Positions 1 to 13,248 of a stretch of 64,000 bases of DNA are shown one piece after another. A program made the translations under genes and the position numbers. Positions within the stretch are counted from its first letter, which is position 1. Each line of letters begins with the position of its first letter. The notes beneath the pieces were generated by a model. It saw nothing but the letters and a program-made list of their open reading frames with translations, searched no databases and was not told where the DNA came from. Source of the DNA: Lama guanicoe (taxonomy: Eukaryota); the NCBI GenBank assembly GCA_013239625.1, contig MU053754.1, forward strand, positions 927,379 through 991,378. The letters are read 5' to 3'.

Positions 1-363
1 TTATTCTAGCATAAGGATGGCTCTGTGCTAATGGAGAAATGTGTTGCGCACAGTTTACGCTCATCTCTTGAAATCCGGATACAGTGATCACAGTGAATCA
101 CCGACATCAGAGGCTTGTTTTTCGTAACAGCCAGAATGATAGCAATCACAGTATGAGCCACAGCCTACTGAACACCTGCTGCGTGTTATTCGCTGTGTAA
201 TTACGTTGAATCCTAGCTTTGCTCTGATACTTAGTTTGGGGGAGGTGAATCGGTTTATTCTTTATATCATTTGTAGCAAGTTAAAAAGTGGAATCAAAGA
301 TTCAAGCACCCACTCATGTTCCTTTTTTCTCTCTGTGTCGTGCTACAGCTGAGCTCTCAAACC

Positions 364-465
364 TCCCCTCGGCCTGTCCAAAGGCTGTGGCTTCCTGTCC
401 CCTCAGCCTGTCCAAAGGCTGTGGCTTCCTGTCCCCTCAGCCTGTCCAAAGGCTGTGGCTTCCTG
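364..465. repeat. Minisatellite, 3 x 34 bp
   Basis: Unit tcccctcagcctgtccaaaggctgtggcttcctg at 364, 398 and 432, one mismatch. Confidence 0.95.
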
Positions 466-2707
466 GAGGTGAATGTGCCAATGCATTTTCTGTCTTGTCT
501 CTTTTCCTTCGGGGAGGTCTCTGTCCAGGAAGTTAGCTGTTGATTTCTGCTGAATTGTGAGTTCATCTTGGCCCCAGTAGCCCCCATGTACCTCTCTTGT
601 TCTGAAGACTCCCCAAGTCACTGGGGTCCCCAGAGAATCAGAAAATTGTCTGTACCTCTCCTTTGGCGGGACGAGACTGCTCTTTTGGTAAGACCTTCAG
701 GGGAGGAAGGTGCCTGAGTGCACGTGGACGGTCATGGGCTTCCTGCGGCTGGCACGCCTCCCCACGGCCACAGCGGGGCTACTGGGGATGTGGTGCAGGA
801 CAGGACGTCCCTTCCTCTGTTCTGTTCTGTCGGACTCTCCTCTCCCCCTGCCTGGAGAGATGCTTCGCTCCCTGTCTGTTTCCCTCACTCCAGGGTTAAT
901 GGCATAACCTTAGTGTTGTGAGTTCTCCAGGATTCACCACTTGATATTCCAATGCAAAATTTGGAATTAAAAAAAAAAAAACTTTGTCAAGCACCAGTCT
1001 CCTGGAAGAAATGCTTTGCTTTCAAGATCTTTATTTCTGCTGTGAACTGAGAGTTCTACTTTGCTCCTCAACGCCGTGAAGGCACCTCTGATCTTTCTTT
1101 TGTGCTCGTCCGTTCCTGGGGCAGTAAGCTTCAGGCAGAGGCTGATTTTAGCGGTGAGGATCTGCAGAAAATAAACAAGTACCAAGAAGAAAACGTGCAC
1201 CAGAGACTGTTCCCAGAAAATTAAAGTAGGGTCCGTTCATATGGACTGAAATAAAAGTGCAAATCTCAACGAGATGCTTTTGGACATTGATCATCCAGAA
1301 AGTAATTAAGCAACTGACAGATATTTTCGTGTACACTTACTGCTGTAGAGGTTGAATCAAGAACTTGTGCTTAGTGGGAATACTTAGATTTTTATAACTT
1401 CATCTGAAGTGAAAAAGATAAGGGATTTATCTGGGACAAAATGTCACCAGAGTTTTATAGAAGCCCTGAGTGTGTCTCTTGAAACATTTCGAAGTGTTGA
1501 TTCGGCAAATCAAAATTTTGTTTTCTGTTTATTCTTCTTTTCCAGTCTCTTTGATTAAGATTTTCTTATGTAGATGTCACCTCCCAAATCTCCTATGAAA
1601 TCTCTTTTTACTCCCGTTTTTGAATTGGTGCTGAAGGGGAAGATTCAGTTTTTAAAAACTATAGTGTTTTCTAGATGTTCTTATAATCCCCAAACTGGTA
1701 AACTGATATAATTTACATTAATAACATAAACATTGGCAATCAATGGGGTTTTCTTCGCCCAAAGACTTTTTTTAACCAAAGTTGTGAGTGATAGAAAACA
1801 GAGATCTTGCTGAAATGGAAAGGAGAATTACATGCGTGGTTGAATTCACGCTGACAAGCCTGCAGACTGTTTACCATGGGGCTGGAGCGGGCAGGAGGAG
1901 CAGTGTTGTTTCACTGAGTTATCCTGGAGCAAACTGGTATCGTGTGACTTGTAACACCCCTCGACTATCTTGGCGAGCGATTGCACACAGATGTCTGATG
2001 GAGCAAACAGACCAGGGCAACGCCAGCCTCTCGTGAAGTCTCCACTTTTAACCTGCTTCAGATTTATGGCTCCTGACTCCAAAGACAGGAACACAAATCT
2101 TACTTCTCCCATCACTTATGTAAGGCGATACCAAGTGCGCCGTGTTGTTGGCAGGCCTTGGGGGGTGCTGCGCTTTGAGTGTTTTTCGTGATTGCCGTTG
2201 CATTGGGGGACGTATGGAAAATCACTTCGCTGTCCCCACTCCCCACTGTCTCCTAGGGGTGCTTCCTCCCGAGGCGTGTGAGGAAACGGAATCACCGGTG
2301 AAAGTGGCAGGCTTAGGAATACAACACCTCCACCTGATGTTTGTAGTTCTTTATCCATCAGGGGATGTACACTGCTCATCTAAGGAGTCACGTTTCTGGC
2401 GTTGTACAATTTGTCTGAAGAGTAAAACCCACTCAGATCTTCTACCAAAATGTGTACAATTAATTAAACAAAGAATTAAATATGCGCTTCTCCATTTCTC
2501 CGTCTTAGCGCTGTCCGTGTTCTAGAGGGAGAAGTTCGTGGTGGTTTAGGAAGCGCAGAGGACCTCAGGGGTAGTGTCTCAAGTTTTCAGTGATGTTATG
2601 GAAAACAGCTGAGCAGTGTCACTGCAGGTCTTCATGGGAAACACAGTTACTGTTCAGTCCACCTCAGCTGGGAATTTAGCTTCTAAGTTACGGTTCTTCT
2701 GTTCATT

Positions 2708-3270
2708 TTAAAAAATTTTATACAATTATTGGAAGTTTCTCTCCACTTACAGTGATTCTACTGCATTGGCTCCGTTCCCTGTGTTGCCGGTCCCTCCTTG
2801 AGCCTCTCCGCCACTCAGTCCTTTGTGCCTCGTCCTCCCCCACCCGCCTGCTGCCCCTCTGCACCCCCCCCCACTGGGAACCACTAGTCTGTTCTCTGTA
2901 TCTGTGAGTCTGCTTCTTTGTCATACTGACTAGTTTGTTGTATTTTTTAGATTCCGTATGTAAGTGATACCATGTCATCTTTGTCTTTCTCTGCCTGACT
3001 TATTTCACTTCGCATAATGCCCTCCAGGTCTATCCATGTTGCTGCAGATGGCAGATTTCGTTCTTTTTTTTAATAACTGAATAGTATTCCATTGTATACA
3101 TACACCGCCTCTTATTTATCCAGTCATCTGTTGATGGACATTTAGGCTGTTTCCATGTCTTGGCTGTTGTAAATAGTGCTGCTATGAACTTTGGGGTGCG
3201 TCTGTCTTTTCAAATTAGAGTATTCTCTGGATGGATGCCCCAGGGATGGGATTGCTGGGTCCTGTGATGT
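2708..3270 (-). mobile_element. 5'-truncated L1 (ORF2 end and 3' UTR)
   Basis: Typical antisense L1 text (gaatagtattccattgtata, cagtcatctgttgatggacatttaggctgtttccatgtcttggc). Confidence 0.9.
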
Positions 3271-5059
3271 TCACTTTAAATGGCATAGATTTGGAAGATA
3301 ACGAATTTAGTGGGAGAGCACACAGCATGAGTGAGGTGAGGCCTCCGTGGGCAAATTAGGTTCACAAGTTTAAAAAAAAAAAACTTATTCCATGACCTGT
3401 TACTTTTGAAAATTGGGCCCCAGCTCACAGAAAGGAGCAGGGGTTTGGGGCAGGGATCTAGGGAGTAAGGCTAGGTGGGAGGATGTCTTGCTTTGGAAGT
3501 CAGGTTGTTACGTGGGCAGCTTGCAGACTCGGAGAAGAGACGCAGCCGGTGTTGGTGGAGACTGACTTCCTGTTGGATCTGCCATCTTCATGTCAATACC
3601 ACACGCTTTCGTGAGTAACACCTGTTCTGTTCTCCAGGAACAAGGCTTTCCTTCCAGCCCTGTGTCACTTGGGTTCCGCAGACCACCAGTAACTTGCTGG
3701 TTGCAGGAGGAACCGTTCCCCCACCTGAGGAATTCTGAACCCCGGGGTGTCCCTCTGTCTCTCCCTGGAGGCGGCTCTTCCGCTCCCTCCCACCCTCTCC
3801 CCTTTCATGGGAGCTGCCGTCACGAAGACCCTCCGTGATGCCCTTCCCAGTCTCCAGGGGGCTCAACAGTGCTGGGATTGCAAAAGCCTGCGATGCGCGG
3901 GGCCATGGCGCTTCCGCTGGAATCCTCTTGGCCACACGTCTTCTGCTCTTTCTCCATCTAGGATGCAGGGTTCAGGGTCAGAAAGACCCTACACTCCTTC
4001 CAGAATAGAGGGAAGAAACCAGGTTTCGGTATCATGGTCATTCATCACCATCTTGTCTTTTCTTCGAGTGAGTAGAACTACTCAAAATATTATTAAGACA
4101 CATCCTGAACAGAGATATGAAACTCGGTCATCATTGCTTTTATTCAGTCCTGTTTTCTGCCTCTGGTCCTTCTGCTGTCTCTGTGCCTTCCCCTCAGACA
4201 AAGGGATTAGAAAATGCAGTTTTCCCAGAAGCAGAAAGATTCATTGGCACCAGAGATTTCTGTCCTAAATTCCTCAAACACGTACGTCATATGCATACAT
4301 TTCTGAAAATCACTGATGACACTGAACTCCGTGAACAGTATGAGCAAGTCGTACCCATATAATTATGCTTGGATTCTGTCTCTGGAAGCAAAGTGTGCAT
4401 TGGTTATTTTCTTCCCGTTTCATTTGCTAATGCTGCTTCTGTGAACATTTTATGTAACATTCGGAGTAGCCACAGAAAGAAGCAGATACCTCCTTGTATC
4501 GCGGCTCACCGTAGATAAATAAGCACATTCTAAAATGCGTATTATTGAAGTACGAATGCAGAAGAGCATGATCGTTTCCAGCTTTTACATTTGACCTTGG
4601 GCTTTGCAGAGCTTTTGCAATTGCCGTTGAGAAGTTCAGGCATCCGAGACATAATGCAGGCACGATGGCACAATCCCAGGCAGCTCGGGAAACCTAAATA
4701 TTACTAGGCATGTTTCTGGATGAGGCACGTTTCACTACATTTCGTGTTCCAAGGTATTCTGGTCTGTTCCTCTTAAATGTTTACTCCTCAGTTCCTGTAC
4801 TTCCTTCCTGCTTCCTAGAACCTGACTTTCGTACAGTGGATAGCCGAATAGGACCGTGCAAGGTTATCGGAAAGCAGGAGCTACCGCTAGAGTGAGCACA
4901 GCACGAGCTTCAGTCAGAATGACCTTGAAAGCAGCTGACCCATTGCCCAGAGATGTCTGGGTTATGTATTTAGTTTATATTTATATTTAGTTTTTATTTG
5001 TATTTAGTTTTCATGTATCGCAGTTTTTATTCCTGTTCCTCTTTTATGTTAGTCAGTTT

Positions 5060-6250
5060 ATTTTGATTTATTTTCAAGTATACAGAGAATGTCTAATTAT
5101 AGAAGAAACTGAGAGTGAACATTTACCCAGATTCAGGTCCTGTTAAAAGTTCGCCACATTTACTTTGCTCTATTCTACCTGCTAATCTGTCAACTGTCTA
5201 TTAGTCTGTCTGTCATCTGTCTGCCTGTATCACCTGTCTGTCTAATGTCCTCTCTCCTGTCTTTTCATGTGCACACACACATAACACACACACACACACA
5301 CAGGCACACCCCTGGATATAAAATACATGCTTCATTTTCTGAACTGTCTGGAACTACGTGGCAAGTATCACATCCACGTAGCACTGAAGAGTTGCATCCG
5401 TATTTCCGAAGGGTAGCGACTGCGCGAACCCAGTACAAGTATGAAATTCAGGGCGCTGAACTGGTGCAGTACTGCTGTGTCTGATTCACAGCCACATTCA
5501 CACTTTGCCCACTGTCTCTATAATTCCCTGTGTAGCCGTGTTTCCTGTTCCAGGCTCCAGTCCACAGTCGTGAGCTGCATCACATTGTCATGTGATTTGA
5601 TTTCCTTCCCTCCGGAACAGCCCCTCAGTCTCTTGTCTTATGACCTTGATATTTCTGAAGATTGCAGGGCCAATTCTTCTGTCGAATATATTTCAACGTG
5701 AGTTTGTCTGGTGATGTCTCACGATTGGATTGGGTTCATTCATTCTGGGCAAGAACGCCATGTTAAGTGGGTTCCCTCCAGGGTGGTGTGTCGGGAGACA
5801 CACACGATGACCCTTCGTCTCACTGGTGCGGTTACACTTCATCAGTTGTTAAGGTGACGTCTCCCCGGTCTTCTCCCATGAAGTTACTAATTCTGCCTTG
5901 GCAGTTGGTAAGAAATTTGTGGTATTGATAGGAACTCGGGGAGTTATTTTGAGATTGAGTGTGTATCATCTTGTTCATCAGTCTCACTTTGACGTCTAGT
6001 TGCCACGGATGCCGATGTGGTGACGGCACAGTGGTGACAGTTCTAAGTCCATTTCTTCAACATTTATTAGTGGCTTAAGAAGGGATCTCCATTCTCCTCT
6101 GTGGTTTTATTCACCATCAATATGGACTCATGGATAACACAAATACTGCTTTTTTAAAAGTGAATCCTTTCAAACTGGCATCTGGACACTTTTGAGATGT
6201 CCCCAGCATTTCTTAAGCACTTGCTGACGTAAATTATCACCGTTTCTTAA
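5060..6250 (-). mobile_element. Old L1M (L1MC4/5-like) 3' region with an internal (CA)n tract
   Basis: Diverged match to recalled L1MC 3' end motifs (ggaacagcccctcagtctcttgtcttatgaccttgatatttctgaag); boundaries approximate. Confidence 0.6.
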
Positions 6251-7104
6251 ATGTCAAGATGGAGATAAAAATAAATCTAAAATGACAGTCTTCACCTATT
6301 AATTTATTAAGAGAACGCACTGGCTTTTGTGATGATAAATACTTTTTTCTCCAATTAATGTTTCCAATTTGGTGGTACCTACAAGTGATGCAGATAAATT
6401 CATAGACTGTGTGGGGTCTAAAGATCTAGTTCAAGGTTTTACCCAAAGAGCTTCCAACAGAAGAGATGTCCGCAGTCTTCTCTGAATATGGAAATCACAC
6501 CTGCAAATCAAACTGTGCTTAAATATTTGAATTTACTGAGCCATAATCTGGTCTAGATGGTGACGAAACAGTTATTTTCATGACAACATAAGAGTGTTTC
6601 AAGGTCATAATCCAGCCTGTGGTTGTTCATTGAGTGACTGTCTGGTTCACTTTTACCAAGTTCTTCTCGAGCACTGATACCTCAGCTTCTTTGGAATTGT
6701 TCCAGGAGTCCGGTACATACGTGTTGTAAGAGCACTGCTTCGACTAGTTTTATGAATTAGCATTTCCTTGCTTATTATGAGCTAGAATCCTCCATGACAT
6801 TCTCGACCTGTTCTTTGTTTCCATTTGAAGAGGTGTAACACACAGGGCATCTGCTTCCTCCTTGTGCTTCCTGCTTCCTTCTTCTTCAGATGTTCGAAGA
6901 GAAAGCAGGGTCTGTTGGGTCTTGTCGGTCTTGGCTAAACATTTCCAGTTCCCGTCTTCCTTTTCAAAAACCTGATTTCCCTATTGACTTGCTCCGCTCT
7001 GCACAGGCCATCCAAGTCTGTATGACAGGGCGGACCAGTGCTGGTTAATAACCACGACTACCTGCACTGGTAGATTCAGGCTCTCGCGAAGAGAGTGCTG
7101 CCGT

Positions 7105-7154
7105 TGATTATTAGTGTCTGCCAGGATCGTGATTATTAATGTCTGCCAGGATCA
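7105..7154. repeat. 2 x 25 bp tandem repeat (also present in duplicate copy 2)
   Basis: tgattattagtgtctgccaggatcg followed by tgattattaatgtctgccaggatca. Confidence 0.9.
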
Positions 7155-8297
7155 CGGGGTGGGGGGGGACTGCGCTGTGTGTTTGCCATTCTTTGTTGTG
7201 AACTGAGGCAGTGGTTTGGAAATATTTACGTGCCGTCTAACCCGGGTAGCATACTTGACACTGTATGAAATTTAATTATTCTTTGAACGTGCTGCTCTTT
7301 AAAGTCATTGAGATTTTATCACACTGTTAGCGTAGAACAGATTTGTAGTCAACTAAAATGTCTGGGCTTTTGTCTCCCTGTAACTTGCTTTCTGGATGGT
7401 GGCCTGTTAGATAATCTCCAGAAGGCTTAGAAGATGTCTTGATTGGATAAACTGAAAGTAAATATAATGAGGTGAAAGAAAAGAAATGCAGAGCAGCCTT
7501 CTGTTTTGTTGTAAGAAATTATCATGCAGAACTGCAGAAGAGGTGAGCATTAAGTCACTTGTTCATAGGAAAATTATTTTGTGTGTCACAGCACAAGAAA
7601 AGTGTGTTAAGGTTTTCAAGGGAAAAGCTGTATTTACATGTTTAGTCTTTACCTTACATTTACCTAGCTGAAAAGAGGAAACAGTTACACTTTGCTAACG
7701 TTTTTTGTGAAGTTTCACTATCATAGAATACATACATATTTATTTTTCATTTTGTGTGCTTCTCCGTTGTTTATTGTGAATAAAGACAATTTTTAGGGAA
7801 GAAATAGTAAACCATGACTGTAAATATTTAACCTAACGGAAAAGGTCATTCAGGGCTTATTCTTTGATTAAATAAATACTGGCTTCGGGTTTAACAGATG
7901 TTAGAAAGCCTTTAAAACTTTTTCAGAGACAATCAGCTATACCATAGCCCTGTAGTCTAAAATGATAACATTTGAAAAGTGGTTACGAACTATGAAACAG
8001 AGATAGATGTGGCAAATAGCAAAATAGCTTTGGTGTCAGCTTATCAAAATGTTTCTCATTTCAACACATTCAGAGTCATTCATAGTCCATAAAGCACTCA
8101 CTCAAGAGAAGTCCATGGTAACGGTGCCAGGCATACCATCTTCCTGAGGATGAATGTGCTGGGACATGTGTACTTTTGACAGTCACTGTTTGATAATAGA
8201 AAATGTTCATCGTGATTTTAAAAATCATAAAAATTCCAAAGCTCTTTGTAGGAAAGTCTCTGTAGGATAGTTTATTCAGGTTGTGTTCATTCTCTTT

Positions 8298-8527
8298 TTG
8301 GATTTTTTTTTTAAAATATAGTTGATTTAAAGTGTTGTGTTACTTTCAGGTGTACAGCAAAGTGATTCAGTTATATGTGTATATGTGTGTGTTCTTTTTC
8401 AGATTCTTTTCCGTTATAGGTTATTATTACAAGACACTGAATATATTTCCCTGTGTTCTGCATAGGTCTTTGTTGTTTATCTATTTTGTATACAGTAGTT
8501 TGTATCTGTTAATCCCGAGCTCCTAAT
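8298..8527 (-). mobile_element. L1 3' end, cut by the duplication junction
   Basis: Identical to 10405-10634; stops abruptly at the junction. Confidence 0.9.
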
Positions 8528-10404
8528 ATCTAAAGATCTAGTTCAAGGTTTTACCCAAAGAGCTTCCAACAGAAGAGATGTCCACAGTCTTCTCTGAATA
8601 CAGAAATCACACCTGCAAATCAAACTGTGCTTAAATATTTGAATTTACTGAGCCATAATCTGGTCTAGATGGTGACAAAACAGTTATTTTCATGACAACG
8701 TAAGAGTGTTTCAAGGTCATAATCCAGCCTGTGGTTGTTCATTGAGTGACTGTCTGGTTCACTTTTACCAAGTTCTTCTCGAGCACTGATACCTCAGCTT
8801 CTTTGGAATCGTTCCAGGAGTCCGGTACATACGTGTTGTAAGAGCACTGCTTCGACTAGTTTTATGAATTAGCATTTCCTTGCTTATTATGAGCTAGAAT
8901 CCTCCATGACATTCTCGACCTGTTCTTTGTTTCCATTTGAAGAGGTGTAACACACAGGGCATCTGCTTCCTCCTTGTGCTTCCTGCTTCCTTCTTCTTCA
9001 GATGTTCGAAGAGAAAGCAGGGTCTGTTGGGTCTTGTCGGTCTTGGCTAAACATTTCCAGTTCCCGTCTTCCTTTTCAAAAACCTGATTTCCCTATTGAC
9101 TTGCTCCGCTCTGCACAGGCCATCCAAGTCTGTATGACAGGGCGGACCAGTGCTGGTTAATAACCACGACTACCTGCACTGGTAGATTCAGGCTCTCGCG
9201 AAGAGAGTGCTGCCGTTGATTATTAGTGTCTGCCAGGATCGTGATTATTAATGTCTGCCAGGATCACGGGGGGAGACTGCGCTGTGTGTTTGCCATTCTT
9301 TGTTGTGAGCTGAGGCAGTGGTTTGGAAATATTTACGTGCCGTCTAACCTGGGTAGCATACTTGACACTGTATGAAATTTAATTATTCTTTGAACGTGCT
9401 GCTCTTTAAAGTCATTGAGATTTTATCACACTGTTAGCGTAGAACAGATTTGTAGTCAACTAAAATGTCTGGGCTTTTGTCTCCCTGTAACTTGCTTTCT
9501 GGATGGTGGCCTGTTAGATAATCTCCAGAAGGCTTAGAAGATGTCTTGATTGGATAAACTGAAAGTAAATATAATGAGGTGAAAGAAAAGAAATGCAGAG
9601 CAGCCTTCTGTTTTGTTGTAAGAAATTATCATGCAGAACTGCAGAAGAGGTGAGCATTAAGTCACTTGTTCATAGGAAAATTATTTTGTGTGTCACAGCA
9701 CAAGAAAAGTGTGTTAAGGTTTTCAAGGGAAAAGCTGTATTTACATGTTTAGTCTTTACCTTACATTTACCTAGCTGAAAAGAGGAAACAGTTACACTTT
9801 GCTAACGTTTTTTGTGAAGTTTCACTATCATAGAATACATACATATTTATTTTTCATTTTGTGTGCTTCTCCGTTGTTTATTGTGAATAAAGACAATTTT
9901 TAGGGAAGAAATAGTAAACCATGACTGTAAATATTTAACCTAACGGAAAAGGTCATTCAGGGCTTATTCTTTGATTAAATAAATACTGGCTTCGGGTTTA
10001 ACAGATGTTAGAAAGCCTTTAAAACTTTTTCAGAGACAATCAGCTATACCATAGCCCTGTAGTCTAAAATGATAACATTTGAAAAGTGGTTACGAACTAT
10101 GAAACAGAGATAGATGTGGCAAATAGCAAAATAGCTTTGGTGTCAGCTTATCAAAATGTTTCTCATTTCAACACATTCAGAGTCATTCATAGTCCATAAA
10201 GCACTCACTCAAGAGAAGTCCATGGTAACGGTGCCAGGCATACCATCTTCCTGAGGATGAATGTGCTGGGACATGTGTACTTTTGACAGTCACTGTTTGA
10301 TAATAGAAAATGTTCATCGTGATTTTAAAAATCATAAAAATTCCAAAGCTCTTTGTAGGAAAGTCTCTGTAGGATAGTTTATTCAGGTTGTGTTCATTCT
10401 CTTT

Positions 10405-10997
10405 TTGGATTTTTTTTTTAAAATATAGTTGATTTAAAGTGTTGTGTTACTTTCAGGTGTACAGCAAAGTGATTCAGTTATATGTGTATATGTGTGTGTT
10501 CTTTTTCAGATTCTTTTCCGTTATAGGTTATTATTACAAGACACTGAATATATTTCCCTGTGTTCTGCATAGGTCTTTGTTGTTTATCTATTTTGTATAC
10601 AGTAGTTTGTATCTGTTAATCCCGAGCTCCTAATTTATCCCTCTCCCTGCCCCCTACTTTCCCCTTTGGTAACCAAAAGTTTGTTTTCTTTGTGTGGAGA
10701 AAGGGGAACCCTCCTACACTGTTGGTTTCAATGTAAATTGGTGCAGCCACCATGGAGAACAGTATGGAAGTCCCTTAAAAAATTAAAAATAAACTTACCA
10801 TGTGATCCAGCAATGCCACTCCTGGGTATGTATCCAGAGGAAACTCTAATTTGGAAAAAGAGTAGAATAATGCCACTTGCAGCAACATGGATGGACCTGG
10901 AGGTTATTGTACGAAGTGAAGTCAGTCAGCCAGAGAAAGACAAATAACGTATGATACCACTCATACGTGGAATCTAAAGAAAGAAAAATGATACAAG
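10405..10997 (-). mobile_element. 5'-inverted (twin-primed) L1 with a 16 bp target-site duplication
   Basis: Antisense 3' UTR at 10405-~10695 joined to a sense ORF2-end segment at ~10692-10997; TSD tgtgttcattc[t/c]cttt at 10389-10404 and 10998-11013. Confidence 0.9.
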
Positions 10998-12299
10998 TGT
11001 GTTCATTCCCTTTGCTGAACCAGCAGAAATGTGAGTTCTATCCAAAAAGAAGGAATAATCGTCCTCTCTCAGTGGCCCCTCTCAACACAGAGGAGAACCT
11101 GGTGACGACTAACTCTTCCTCACAGATCCCTGCATTCTGGCAGAGGTGAACAGACCGCGATGGACAACAGTGACAGTGACAGCAATCACAGTAGCTTACG
11201 TTTGCGTAGAGCCTTCCATTCCTGTGACAGGCAGAGGGACTGTAGCGCGTGCCTGTATCGCTTTGGGGCAGGTGTGGGGCGGTCAGACGGCTGGGGATGA
11301 GGAAACTGGCTGGGGGTCTGGGGGACCTTGTGCTTCTGCTTCACACCTGAGGAGGTGGTTGCCACCTCCCTTTTCCATCAGAAGACTCCAGAAGGAGCCT
11401 GAGACTTAGCTGTTCTCTCGCACAGAAGCTGCTGGCCCTCCACGAGCTGTTGACGAGCTGCAGTGGGTTCTCCTCAGTCCTTGAAGCAGCGTGGTGTTGA
11501 CTCAAGTCAGGGCAGTGCAGCGGCCAGACAGAAAAGCAAAACAGAGGGGAAGTGTCCCACCATCTACTCATAACTGGTTCATCTGAGAAGGTAGGCCTAA
11601 CTGCGTATTTGGAAGGAGCTGGAAGATAAGGAACTCACGCTGCCCAGTGAAGTTGGAGAAATGTGCTCAGTGAATGCTAATTGAGTATTAAAACAAAGTA
11701 GTTTGCAGTGAGAAACTTTGATGAGGTGTGTGCGCCTTATGTAAATTCCCATTTCCTGAACGTGGGGCTGAAGAAACACTTAATGAGGCCTTTTGTATTA
11801 TGCAGATCTGGCATTATTATCAGAGACAGTGCACTGGATAGTGAAATAGGCACAGCCATTCATTAGGAACAGTATGCGTGTATGTGTGTGTGTGTATTTC
11901 ACACAAAATCTTTGCACTGCTGGTAGTTGAATTATAGATCAAGCACTGTGTTCTCTTCCTTATAACTTAGGAAAACTCTTAAGTGATAGATAAGTCTGTC
12001 TCACCTTCAGAGCTAGCTAATGAAGTCTTACTAAGTGGGGCAAATTAGTCCTACAGATTGTTCATTTTCCTCAGAGGCAACCAACCGAAGATGTTCTCAA
12101 TATTTGGAGGAAGGAATGATTGCCCCTTAGCCTGTATTCCCATGGTACACTGAATCCACCTCCATTAAAACACATAGCATACTTTCCCGTAATCATTTTT
12201 GTCTTCCTTATTAAACTAAGAGCTCTTTCGTGACTGGGAACATAAAAATAATATTTGTGGTGGACTAAGAACCCTCTAAGTGTCAGAAGCTCCACGCAT

Positions 12300-12445
12300 A
12301 TTATTTTAATCTCACAAAAATGCTACACACATTTCCATTTAGCTAATGAGACAGCAGACTCAAAAAGACCAGGTTACCTGCTCAAGCTCCTGCCGCCAAT
12401 CAGTGGTCCGTTTTGGAATTGAAACCAGTTCTGCCAGAAATCACC
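12300..12445 (-). mobile_element. MIR fragment, with a probable L2 remnant just upstream (~12120-12270)
   Basis: Degenerate MIR core (aatgagacagcagactcaaaaagaccaggttacctgctcaag ... ggaattgaaaccag). Confidence 0.5.
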
Positions 12446-12670
12446 TTTGGAGGCATTTCAACACCACCATAGTTCGCGTGTATTAATACTAGTATTCCCA
12501 GGAACTGGCCTGTGCTTAATCTTTAATTAAGATAATTCCAACCAATATTTCGTAAATACCTAGTTCTTTCCTCACATATCAAGAGATAAGGCCCAGCACT
12601 TTCTATTTACTTACTTATAATTGATCTAGTCAATCTGAAGTATCACTTTCAGAGATGGTGTGTGGTGAAT

Positions 12671-13248
12671 GCATTAGCTATCTGTAGCTGTGTAACAAGT
12701 TATCCCAAAATGTAATGGATAAAATTTTATTGCCCACCCTTTCTGTGCATCGGGGATTTGGTGGCTTGACTAGGTCCTCTGGCTTAGGATTTCTCAGGAG
12801 GTTCTGATCACCTGGGGCCTGAGACATCTGAGGCTTACACTGAGTTTCTTCCAAGCTCACCCTTGTGGTTACTGGAAGGATGGTTGAACTCAGCTCTTCA
12901 TATGCTATTGGACAGAAGTTCCTGATATATGGGGCCTCCTTAGGGCAGCTCACAAATTGCTTCATTGAAACAGTTTGTTGTACACCTGAAACGAACACCA
13001 GTTTGTAAATAAACTACTTCAGTTTAAAAAAATACCAAACAAATGAAAAGAACCAGAAACAGAGGGCCATCAAAATAGTAGTCACAGTCATTTGTGACTT
13101 AATATTAGCAGTGTTATCCTGACACGTGACAGTGTTCCATTGCTTAGAAGCGCGGGACTCTGCACTCACAGTTACCAGAAAGGATTACACAGGCGTGAAG
13201 GGAAGGAAGCAGGGCTCACTGGGGTCACCTCAGAAGGCAGCCTACCAC
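12671..13248 (-). mobile_element. MaLR solo LTR (MLT1F/G/H-like) carrying a small sense L1 3'-tail fragment (~12970-13035)
   Basis: Begins tgcattagctatctgtagctgtgtaacaagttatcccaaaa and ends gcagcctaccaca, as recalled for MLT1 termini; insert tgtacacctgaaacgaacacc...taaaaaaa. Confidence 0.7.

Larger units (their letters stand above)
6417..10634 (+). repeat. Head-to-tail tandem duplication of about 2.1 kb (copy 1 6417-8527, copy 2 8529-10634)
   Basis: Identical ORFs offset by 2107 bp; both copies start tctaaagatctagttcaagg and end cccgagctcctaat. Confidence 0.98.

Noticed and set aside
364..465. 34 bp repeats as a CRISPR-like array
   Set aside because: Units are directly adjacent with no spacers, in mammalian DNA; a minisatellite.
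7486..9778. Duplicated 61 aa ORF as a small gene pair
   Set aside because: Identity follows from the DNA duplication; no homology, splice structure or coding signal.
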